Assembly: GCA_951406725.2 (NCBI GenBank) | Contig: OX597820.1 | Location: 27,962,001 to 28,026,000, forward strand | Length of the DNA stretch: 64,000 nt | Origin: Octopus vulgaris | Lineage: Eukaryota | Direction: 5' to 3' | In this document: positions 12,418 to 23,808 of the stretch, piece after piece | Layout: each line of letters opens with the position of its first letter | How positions within the stretch are numbered: position 1 is the first letter of the stretch | Position numbers and translations under genes: made by a program | Notes under the pieces: model-generated | What the model saw: only the letters and a program-made list of their open reading frames with translations | Told to the model about the DNA's origin: nothing | Databases searched by the model: none

Positions 12418-13619
12418 TAGGGCTACCTTCGTTTATGTGTATTAGCTATTTTAGTGGATATTCTTCTATGAATTATTCTACTTCAATACTTGTGATGTTG
12501 TTAGTTTTTTATTATAAATTTTATATATCTTGGCAATTACGTTCATATTTATAGTTTTTATTTTGTCTTTTTAATTCTCAAGACATAAACTGGATCATCG
12601 TGCTATTATTTGTAGGCTATAGTGTTGATGTTATAGAGCGATATTACATTCTAAACCTGTGTTCACTGCTCCAATATAAGCGCTTAATTTAATATTGTAT
12701 TCATTTCGGATCTTAGTGGTGAGAAAGGGGCATCATTTATTTAAGATATAGTCAATATGTGAGAGAACTGACTCTGAATAAAATGTAACATTGTTTCCCT
12801 ATAGAGATTGCAATAATTCCACGCTGCAAAATTAATTTATATGAATTAGGTCGACGGATAGATTTTCGTATTGGTTGATTTATCCTGAACGAAGATGAAC
12901 TGCTAGATAACATTAGCATTCAATGTCTCAAGGCTATCTTTTGTATAATTACTCTCGAAAACTTGGTTATCGTTTGTTTACCCCAGATAATCATTCGTTT
13001 TGTATTTTCTAATCTAATGTATATAATTCAAACAAACTTGTTTTAAGTGAGATAATGAAGTCGCTCTCATATAAAACACATCACTCGCATTTGATTAGAA
13101 CGTTTCGTTTAATTTTATATCTTTTCAAATATCTATTTAGTTTAAACATTGAAATCGTAATTACTATAGTTTACATATATTTGTCTTGTATGTTCATAAT
13201 TCTTTCGTGTATGTAGTTATTCAGCATTGATAGCCAATATTTGTTATGTTATGTTCAGAGATCCAAGTCCAAGAAACAGTAATACTCGTCCAGCCCCCTC
13301 CCTTTTCAGCAACAATAAATCCACTGCTACCCGCAAGGAATATTCGAAAGGAAGAATTAGATATACAACAGACCCAAGCAGTAACTTACCGTGGAAATGT
13401 TAGCTGATTTCAGCTTATTTACCTCGTATGCTAGATCCGGTGTACAAAATGAAACGAATATCATATCGGCAGTACAAATGAACCGTTATATACCTGAATC
13501 GAATAGCATTTCTACACACCCAAGTACGTTTTCATAAAATATTTGGAAGAATGTAGAGGGCACCGCAGTCACCGTTAAGAGCATACATCGCAATATCAAT
13601 ACACCACAAATAAACTAAC

Positions 13620-13985
13620 TATCATCATCATTGTTCGACCGTGGTCGAGGCAATGGAATTTACTATGTTACGCCAGACTCCACGGTCCATCATAGCATTA
13701 CGGAGGTCCTGTTGCTGGATGCCTGTATCCCTGGAGATTACATCAGGGTAAGAGAGTGTGCGCCCTCTGGTATTGCGAGTAGATGGCTTCCAGAGGAGAA
13801 GAGTAGAAATTACTTTTTTTTCGGCTCTACAACAATGTCCAGCAAACTGGACTCTCCTACCTTTCACAAGAGATGACACAGGTGGTAGATTCCCATATAT
13901 TTGCATTTTGGTTGGATGGCGCTTCCACGAGAGATTTTGAGCTCTCATAAGGAGGCGAGTGTAGGTTCCATCCAACCGCCTCTAC
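13620..13985 (-). mobile_element. RTE-group LINE 3' end, 5'-truncated, with (TGA)n tail
   Basis: LDGTYTRLLMRAQNLSWK..RRVQFAGHCCR..RG..MMDRGVWR open to the stop codon, followed by TGATGATGA. Confidence 0.88.
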
Positions 13986-14082
13986 AGATCACATAAAAAG
14001 GCATAGACAAGCTAAAAATTCAAAACCGGCTTGAAATGAATGGGAGTTAAATGGTGGGTTAAATAACATGCATTACAATAGA

Positions 14083-14280
14083 ATCTTCTTCTTCCTCTTC
14101 ACCTTCTTCTTCTTCTTTTTCTTCTTCTTCTTCTCCTCCTCCTTCTTCTTCTTTGTCTTATCCTCCCCTCCACTTCCTCCTCCTTATTCTCCCTCTTTTT
14201 CTTCTTCTTCTCCTCCTCCCTCGCCTCATTCTTCTCCTTCTTCTTCTTCTTCTTCTTCTTCTTCTCCTCGTCCTTCTCCT

Positions 14281-14312
<32 letters not shown>

Positions 14313-14650
14313 TTCTTCTTCACTTTACTCATTTCTTCACGACCATAATGATAATCTCATCGTCATCGTTGCCGTCGTTGTCGTCGTCGTCGTCGTCATC
14401 ATCATCATCATCATCATCACTTTCTTCATGCTAACAATCGTGATGATAATGTCGATGATGATGATGATGATGATGATGATTATGATGACAATGGTGACGA
14501 TGACGACGATGAGAATGACTAGGACGACATCGCTGACAAGGGCGATGATAACGAATATTACGTTGTTGATGATGTTGCTGCTGATGATGATGATGGAAAA
14601 CAAATTGACGACGATCACCACGACGACAACGATGACACTGAACATTATGA
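14083..14650. repeat. Compound (CTT)/(CCT)/(GTC)/(ATC)/(GAT)n low-complexity tract
   Basis: Direct reading. Confidence 0.95.
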
Positions 14651-15071
14651 TGGTATTACAGTATCGGGGTAGTTGGTGCCGACACGAACATCTTTCACAA
14701 TTACAATCAATTAAGATTTTCAATCAATTTGAAACCATTCCTGGCAGACTATAGTCGTCATGTTTTAGCATTATCAGCATCGACATTTTCAACCGACTTA
14801 CAGTTAGTTATAGATCACCTGTAACAATCTCACAACATACGTTCAGAATGTTGACTCATTTCACATCGTAATTTGCAACATAAATAACGTAAAGATTATC
14901 TGAAAGACTTACACACGAATACCGCAGCAGACGTTCGATTGAATAGAAAATTAAATTTGCAATCAGCCATGTAATAGCCTGAGAATTACCAACTCATGTA
15001 AGAAAGTGATATTGGGAAAATAAAAACTCCGATTAAAAAAAAGTATTTCCTCTGAAAGTATTTTCTTACAT

Positions 15072-15103
<32 letters not shown>

Positions 15104-15281
15104 CACATAAATAAAAACACCTCCTCCTCCACATATATAAATATAGGGTGAACACAACAGGTGTGTACGTCAAGTGTAACTGCCCGAAACGGTAAGGACA
15201 TCTGGTAACTTGACTGAAGAAAGAAGGCCACGAATGACTCGACCTTCTTTTTCCCTCGTTCTAATTGTTATTCCTCTTGTC

Positions 15282-15826
15282 CGGGCAAGTGTCTTCTACT
15301 TTAGCCCCGAGAGAACCGAAGCCTTGTGAGTGGATCTGGTAGATGGTAACTGAAAGAAGCCCGTCATATATATATATATCTCCCCTGCAACCTGCTGCTT
15401 CTCCACCATTTCGTTGGCGATCGTATCTCGCCAACATCTGTATTTGTCTCCTCTACCGAAAAGGTAATTATTTCTACGCCTGCTGCTATGTTTGTTGTTT
15501 TGTCTCATTTGGTCTAAAGTCGTATGACAACCACCGTTATATTATATTTTGTTTAACCGTTACCGTTTTCAATTTCGTTTTCGTCTCTCGTATTTACATT
15601 CGTCTCGTGCGTTTACATTCTTGTCTTCTACCAAGAAATCTAATGCTTACGGCTTAGTTTTTTTTCTTGGGGCTGGCCGAGTTGGAGCAAATATCAGAAT
15701 TGAACAGCCGAAATTTGCTGTGATGATTCGGTGTCTGACTGAAGATTGAAGGCTTCGAATGATTTGTCTGTGTTCCGTGTTTGTCCCTTCCTGTATTTCA
15801 CGTTCTTTATATATAAAACATTTATT

Positions 15827-15896
<70 letters not shown>

Positions 15897-16100
15897 CATA
15901 CATGTATATCTTTGTGTGTCAGTGTTTGTCCCCCATCATCACTTGACGAATGATGTTGGTGTGTCTACGTCTCCGTAACTTTACGGTTCGGCAAAAGATA
16001 ACATAGAATAGGTAGTAGGCTTAAAAAGAATAAGTCCTGGTGTCGATTTGCTCGATTAAAGGCTTTGCTCCGGCATCTGACTTCAACAAGTAAAATAAAG
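15282..16100 (+). mobile_element. SINE of the 41125 family, split by a ~450-bp insertion in its internal (TA)n
   Basis: 5' module GGGCAAGTGTCTTCTACT..GAAAGAAGCCCGTC at 15282-15365. 3' module TGTTTGTCCCCC..AAGTAAAA at 15910-16100. Confidence 0.7.
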
Positions 16101-16134
16101 TTTATTTACATACATATCATTGAATGATGCGTTC

Positions 16135-16194
<60 letters not shown>

Positions 16195-16476
16195 GTATAT
16201 ATTTATACCATCTAATGTAGGATAACATTTTTCGAAAATATTCTATCAATGGCCAGCATATTAAAAAATACCTTTAAAGGTTAAATTTATAAACAATTTA
16301 TAAGTAAGGACAAAAGAAAAAAATTCTAATGCAAAACATACCGAAAATAGACAACGTCAATAGCCATGTAATTTATCACTAACAGCACGCATTTCGAAGA
16401 AAGTTGATAGAAATTTCTTAAAAATCCCGTTATTACCATATCGGACCCGATTTCAGAGTTAGTTCATAAGAATATA

Positions 16477-16566
<90 letters not shown>

Positions 16567-16989
16567 TGTTACGAAAAGAAAATATAAAATACACGTGGAA
16601 ATGTAAGGGTAAAATATGAAAAATCGACGAAAATGCATATTGCAAATAGAAAAAGGCTATTTATGACAGGTAGTGACAAATATATACATTTAGATTGACT
16701 GAGGTAGTAATACGAGTCATAAAGGTCATTATTATGAGATGATTATAAGATGATAATAAAGTAAGAGAACAAAACGAACCAGTGGTTTACACGAAGGCTA
16801 TTCATCATACATATGATGCGTTAATATTTGTATATATATACATGTGTGTATATACATATATACACACACACACACATATATATATAAAATATACACCCAC
16901 ATACATATCATTATATTATGCGTTTAAATATATATGTATGTATATGTGTGTGGTGGGTGTGTGTATGTGTGTGTGTGTGTGTCTGTCTG

Positions 16990-17190
16990 TTTCAAATCTT
17001 GGTAGAAGGCTGGTAATTTCAGGGCAATGTATAAGTCAATTGCATCGACCTTAGGGGTCAACGGGTACTGATTTGATCGACCTAGAAACAATGAATGGCA
17101 ATGTTGACTCCTGCAAAATTTAAACTCAGAACGTAAAGGGAGACGCAGTACCGTTAAACCTTTTGCCCTGCGTGCTAACGATTCTGTCAA
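16990..17190 (-). mobile_element. Degenerate MetaSINE-like SINE
   Basis: Eroded match to the 1658-2007 family, including reverse-complemented TACGTTCTGAGTT.AAATT. Confidence 0.6.
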
Positions 17191-17262
17191 CGTAAAGATA
17201 GAACGAACGGCAGGCAAACAGACAGACAGACAGACAGACATATAAATAGATAATTAAACAGT

Positions 17263-17273
17263 TAGATAGATAA

Positions 17274-17372
<99 letters not shown>

Positions 17373-17538
17373 TGTTTCTTTATTAGCCACACAGGGGTGA
17401 ACACAGAGGGGACGACTTACAAAGTAGAGCTTTTCTTTTGGGGGAGAAAAAAAGAAAAGAAAAAGTGGGGTAGGTTTTCTATCAAAAGGGATCGTAAAAA
17501 AATGATCAATGAGGATCGTGTAGATAGATAGATAGATG

Positions 17539-17627
<89 letters not shown>
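17263..17627. repeat. (GATA)n microsatellite interrupted by a ~148-bp retroelement 3' end (17373-17520, minus strand)
   Basis: Direct reading. The insert ends GTCCCCTCTGTGTTCACCCCTGTGTGGCTAATAAAGAAAC on the minus strand. Confidence 0.85.
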
Positions 17628-18380
17628 TCTGTTGCTTAACAAACTTTACCATTTAACCAATGGTTGGTGAGTTAACGTATACAATTCTAGGAATATATGC
17701 ACTGCAGGCTAAACAACAGACAAGACAAAACCACGAATTAATAATTAATGTGGCAAACTAAACAATCGCTTCACAAAGTAAACATGTCCTCTTAAAATGA
17801 GTGTGAAATATTGGATACTAAATTGCTATATACACTCCGTTGGAGACAAAAATAAATGAATGCCACAGAATTGTTTTGTTGGTCATTTGTAACACGTACA
17901 CATTTTACCTTTGACTAAATGAAACAACAAAGCTTCATGATGCGAAATAATTTCTATTTATAATGCTGTCAATTTTGATGTGTTTCTTTAAATTCAAATG
18001 AATATATGTTGACAAGTTGTTTTGATTTTAATAACGTGGTGAGGAGAGGTTTGTAAGAGTCAAACTTGCTGTCTTCGATTCGTTTTACTGTGACTATCCT
18101 TGCCTGTAGTCCTGATTGCTGGGTAATCATCGAAAGTGTATGACTGTGGCAGAAATAGGATTACCCTGACAGGTCTCTGGTGTAGCGTTACTGAAAACGT
18201 TGCATAGCTCGGAGATTAGTGGGTTTCTTCATGTCGAATCGCTATTCCCTGCATTGAAAGATCACAGCCCCCGCACTATGGGCTTAGGTTTAGAATACCG
18301 CAGGAAATGACTGAAAGGAAGGTTCATCCAGTCGGGCCAACTGGTAAGAAATTGTTGTGTGGACGCCCCCCAGACGATGA

Positions 18381-18680
18381 TGTAGGCTAGCCCAATAAGT
18401 AGATATAGAAGGAGAAGTCTAGACGTCGTCAGAGAGAGAGAGAGAGATAGTAGAGCAGAGTAGAGTTGAGTAGAAGTCATCTGAACGTGCGACATAACAG
18501 TGGCGACGAGGATTTCGTTGCTCACACAGCCACTGTGTAGTATTGCGATATAACAGTGGCGACTAGGTTTCGAATAGTACTGAAATGGAAGAGTTACTGA
18601 AAGCAGTTGTAAAACAGCAAGAGTAGCAGTAGAACAGAGTGGAGTTGTGTAGTAGAGGCATCCGAACGAGCGATATAACA
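18381..18680 (+). mobile_element. Miniature LTR-element remnant: 119-bp TG..CA LTR, tRNA-Ser PBS and repeated LTR ends
   Basis: TGTAGG..ATAACA (18381-18499) is followed by TGGCGACGAGGAT (18501-18513), complementary to the tRNA-Ser(GCT) 3' end. Further LTR ends fall at 18555 and 18680. Confidence 0.7.
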
Positions 18681-19399
18681 GAAATCTAGAGAGAGGGCAA
18701 GACGAGATGATTGGTTAATAGCCATAGATTTTTTTTCTGGTAACGCTTGAGAATCCAGCAGAAACATGTAGTGACGGTCGTTTCTAATAGGAGCCCATGG
18801 AAGAGGAGCATAAAGGCTCTGCCCCAAGACACTCTTAAAAATAGTGAGATGCGAAAATTGATAGATGTTTGTAACTCCCAATATCTACAACAATTTTTCA
18901 CATCATTTATCAATTATTTTCACTCGATATGTTAATACATAAAATAATTACTAAAGAGCAAAATACATTTCTAATTAGCTGAATGCGTTAGTGTTTAGTC
19001 AAGAACACATGAGGATAAAATGAGATAACGAACAGTTGGCACCTTAGATTTTGCTATAGTTACTCATTTGTATGCAAGGAAATTAACGTCATCTCAAATA
19101 GTTTATCTTCTTCAAAATGTCAAATGCATTTCCGTTACTCGGGTATCATACTTCAGATTGCACCCGGAGGAAACTAATTACATGTTCTTTGAAGATGTGT
19201 AATAGCGAGCAATTTTGACAAATGACTTTCAGAGAATTTAAATGACGATTCAGATAATTAAAGAATTTTTTTTTTTAAATACATATTTTGCCTCATATGA
19301 GTTGAATAATTTAATTAAATTACACGTAATAACATTTTTTATAGTTTAGTCAAGTCAGAATCAGAACAAATAGTTTATTCTGTTATTCTTATATTTTAT

Positions 19400-19586
19400 T
19401 TAGCCGCAGTCAGATGACTGTGGCCATCCTAGAGCATCACCCTTAGTCGAGCAAATCGACTTCAGGACTTATTCTTTCTAAGCCTAGTACTTATTCTATC
19501 GGTCTGTATTGCCGAACCGTTGAAGTTACGGGGACATAAACACACCAGCGTCGGTTGTTAAGCGATGCTCCAGGGACAATCACATA

Positions 19587-19676
<90 letters not shown>

Positions 19677-19820
19677 GACGAGCTTCTTTCAATTTCCGTC
19701 TTCCAAATCCACTCACGAGGCTATAGCAGAAGACACTTTCCCAAGGTGCCAAGCAGTGGGACTGAACCCGGAACCATGTGGTTGGGAAGCAAGCTACTTA
19801 CCACACGGTCACTCCTCGCC
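19400..19820 (-). mobile_element. SINE of the 41125 family
   Basis: Same head, internal microsatellite and tail as 3430-3855. Confidence 0.85.
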
Positions 19821-20887
19821 TACATTCACTCCTGCACCAAAAGTAACTTTCTCCCAAACCAAAAATATTTGTATTTCGATATTGGACAATTAATTACTTC
19901 TCTTTTTTACCATATCTGTTATTCGGATTCCGAAAATAAAAGCTATTTTGAACCTTTTAATAATAATCCACCTGAGAGCTCACCTGATTGTCTGATATAA
20001 ACTTCGTCTTATTTTAACGTGATCTAAATTAAAAACTCTCATCAAAATTATATCTTAATGTATGTTCCAGACACTAATTTAATTATAATTAATTAATTTT
20101 ATTGAATTCCTCATTAACTTCAAAATTGATAAGAAACATTATTAGAAATATGGTAATAAATGTTCCAAGCTCATGTTTGCGGCACTTGAATCTCGGTGGT
20201 TAGTTTGTTAGTTATGAATATATCCAAATTATTACGATATTTGAAAGTGTGAACGCTTACATAACATCATGATTAACTAAATATAATAAAAATGAAGTAA
20301 CTCGTCGAGCTAATAGCCTTCCCGCGTGCTGTGTCATTGCTTGCTCTGCTAGAAATAACAACCATACATCCTTTAATTCTGTGACTCCAACATTATGACA
20401 CCAGATTGGGAACATGTCTAGAAATGTCTTTTACATCGATTAATTATGTCGCTTAAATATTCTTTAAAAAGCGTTTAGATAAGAGCAAGCACGGTCACAT
20501 GCTTATAAAGTTCACTTCGTAGCTATGTTTAGTTTTATCTTGCTTAGTAAGTGTATCGTGTTCTCACTTTTATTTCTTCGATTTTCGTGACATTTGTACG
20601 TTGATTATGTCTCCCTGAAGAAGACTTCTCGGACCGAAACATACTTAAAATTGTTGCTGGAGCGATAAAGGTGAAGCTCATATCACTCTGTTTATCTCTA
20701 TTTAAATTTTCGTCAATGCAAATTTCTAGATGTCTCTGAGATTTACGGTCATCAACTCAAATGGTTTTCTTCATTTTACGTTTCCAATATCTACTAATTA
20801 AAAATCATATCACACACACATGTACACATACACATACAGTTACGCATATATATGTATACACAAACACATAAACACGCACACACACAC

Positions 20888-20918
<31 letters not shown>

Positions 20919-21150
20919 ACTATCCCAATCAAACAATCATATATCTGTCTGTTCGTGTGAGTGATTATGTGTGTATGCATATATTTCAATTGCTTCAGTC
21001 ATTAGGCTGCAGCACTGAGGCTGTTTGTAAAACAAACACGCGCGCACTCACGCATATGATTGATTGATTGATTCTAGTTTCAGCTTATGAGCTGTGGCCA
21101 TGCTGGGGCACCGCCATTTATATATTCGTGTAAACCACCGCCATATATAT

Positions 21151-21576
21151 ATTAATTTCCAGTAAACGCTGCCGTAATCTCTTTTATAGAGACTTAGTAA
21201 TTTTAATATTTCTATTATTGAAAACAAGTGGATGTATTCCACTGAAACTAGGTAAATAGAAACCTTCGAACAGAGACGTCAGTGGCGACACCTTCGGGGT
21301 CTGACTGCGCTACATTGACAAGGGGCAATACCCCGAAACGCGTCTGTAGCTGTCGGACTGGCAGTGTGAAGCGGCTGACCTCCCTTGTTCGAAGGTTATA
21401 ATGGATACAGATCGTGTATCAATAGCTATCTTAAGGCGGTGGCCTCATGGAGCTGACCAGCGGCAGCGATTATTCTTATATCTATAAGAATGCCATATTA
21501 ATATGGCGATAACAATTAATTTCCAGTAAACGCTGCCGTAATCTCTTTTATAGAGACTTAGTAATTTTAATATTTC

Positions 21577-21582
<6 letters not shown>
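21151..21582 (+). mobile_element. Retrozyme-like non-coding element, copy 1 (364-nt monomer plus 68-nt terminal redundancy)
   Basis: 21151-21218 is identical to 21515-21582. It is flanked by (TA)n, has a central hammerhead and no credible ORF. Confidence 0.8.
21309..21350 (+). ncRNA. Minimal type I hammerhead ribozyme, U3-A8 core variant
   Basis: GCTACA-TTGACAA-GGGG-CAATA-CCCC-GAAA-CGCG-TC-TGTAGC. 6-bp stem I, 4-bp stem II, palindromic stem III and a GUC cleavage triplet. Confidence 0.85.
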
Positions 21583-21641
<59 letters not shown>

Positions 21642-22221
21642 GTGTATATATATAGATATATATACATACATACATACATATCTGAGTGTGAGCGTGCGCA
21701 CGCCTGCATGTATGGTTACCTACACAAAAAGACACAGATAACACAATTGGAAATGACTACTGGAAGCAAATGTTACTATTTTTCCCAGTTGACACTATAT
21801 ATTAATATTGTTTTTCTTGAATCTTAAAGTTCTTTTCTCTGCTCCAATATGCATTTCACAGGTATTCAATCTACTGGCGTTCAGATCAATTATTATTTAC
21901 CCCTTTTATTGATCATGTGCTTATTACTGGACGGGTATTCTCTCTTTCCATAATTAGCGTTATCATAAATCATAGAAGCACCTGCAAATTAGCTGAAGGT
22001 TTAATGGTTTAAGGATGTAGTTTTAAGTTGCCTAAACTTTGTCTTGCAACCGATACATAAATATTGCAATGTTTAGCTCCGGAGAGGCGTATATCGTTAA
22101 GTCAATCTTCATGATATTATGCAGATTTTGGTATATGAATCACTATTTCTTACTTTCACATTATTTTGTGCTTTTTACGGTTACAGGTTAATAAACTTAA
22201 ACACGACACTCGACTACTCTG

Positions 22222-22718
22222 TTTCTTCTTTTTCTTAATCCTTTTTTTCCCTGTGGAGCATAGGGCCTCTACAGTTGTTTTCCACTCTTGCGGTCATTGG
22301 TGTCTTTCTTGGCTGCTTCCCATGTCAGGCCGGTGGTCCTGATCTCTTCCAAAATGCTCCGCTTCCATGTCTGCTTCGGGCATCCTCGCTTCCTTTTCCC
22401 CCGCGGGTTCCAGTCAAGTGCTTGTCATGTCACATTTGAGGGTTCTTTCCTCAGTGTGTGTCCGATCCATGTCCATTTCCTACGTCTAATCTGAACAAGT
22501 ATGGGCTCCTGGTTGGCCCTTTCCCACAGGTCGGTGTTTGGTACTCTGTCGAACCACATTAGATGAAGGATCTACCGGAGACATTTGTTGATGAAGGTCT
22601 GAATCTTCTTGTAGTTGCTGCAAGTGGTTCTCCATATTTCAAAGCCATACCAAAGCACAGATTTTACGTTTGAACTAAATAAGCGGAGTTTAGTTCGAGT
22701 TGAGATGGCAGTGGACAG
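22222..22718 (-). mobile_element. RTE-clade LINE 3' end
   Basis: IRRRKWTWIGHTLRK..ALDWNPRGKRKRGCPKQTWKRS, with an AAG-rich tail. Confidence 0.88.
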
Positions 22719-23473
22719 AGGAGGAGTTAGACTAAAGTATACACATCGGCCCTCCAGATTCGGGGTTTGTGCTATAGGCTAACACCCTATACACGTAAAA
22801 AAAAGAATACCTGTAACAGATACCAACAACACTATTTAGATGCTCTTTAGATACCCATTGATTTGTATTGGTATTTGTAATCATCATCTATTTCTTTCCA
22901 AAGGAGAGCTCCAAGCATTTTTTAATTTTCTTCAGTTGGAATACTGTGAAAGCTAATGCCTTCTACATTTTTTAAAATATACATTTGCGAAATTGCATTC
23001 TACGAACAATTTATCAGTTATGTACCAACAGCCTCAATACATTCTTTTATTCTACAGCTCATAAAGGAGTGATGCTTGTTATGAATATCTGTCTGAGTAT
23101 CACCATTAGAACATCATAAGTATCAACATGCTCTTCTTATATACATGCATTCTTTCTTTCTCTTGTTCTCTATTTCTTTCTCTCTCACACACACACACAC
23201 ACACATTTATTAATTATTCTGACCTACAGCTACACGGTTTATTTGACGCATATTAGTTCCTTCTTTAGGTCAGCCATTTTGAATGGAGAGTGTTGTTGAT
23301 GTGTTCGATCCTCGGGAGTTTATTTGTTTCGATCATATCAACGCAAATGCATGAAAGACAGTATTCGAACACTGGAGGAATGAAATTCGACAGTATTCGA
23401 AATCGGAATGACAAAATGTCGAAAAAAAAACACGGCAACACATTGCTTCCTTCGTTCTAGCGATTCTGTCATT

Positions 23474-23808
23474 TAAAAAAAAAGGAGCACTCCATCGGTT
23501 ACGACGACGAGGGTCCCAGCTGATACGACCAATGGAACACCTTGCTCGTGAAATTTATGTGCAAGTGACTGAGCAATCCACAGACACGTGTACCCCTAAC
23601 GTAGTTCTCGGGGAGATTCAGCGTGACACAGAGTGTGACAAGGCCGGCCCTTTGAAATACAGGTACTACTCATTTTTGCCAGTTAGGTGGACTGGAGTAA
23701 CGTGAAATAAAGTGTCGTGCTCAAGGACACAACACTTCGCCGGGAATTGAACTCGTGACCTTGCAATCGTGAACCGAATGCCCTAACCACTAAGCTACGC
23801 GCCTTCAC
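23474..23808 (-). mobile_element. tRNA-derived SINE nested in an older SINE
   Basis: Head GAAGGCGCGTAGCTTAGTGGTTAGGG..GAGTTCAATTCCC. TSD CGATTCTGTCA at 23461-23471 and 23808-23818. Confidence 0.85.

Noticed and set aside
13259-13317. Possible terminal exon (IQVQETVILVQPPPFQQQ*) after TTCAG
   Set aside because: It is too short, with no partner exon or recognisable homology.
14068-14754. 228-aa ORF, and similar poly-I/N/L ORFs at 49957-50482 and 54380-55172
   Set aside because: These are trinucleotide repeats with no domain content.
20611-20645. CTGAAGA...CCGAAACATA hammerhead-like string
   Set aside because: Stems I and II do not pair convincingly, so it is at most a decayed relic.
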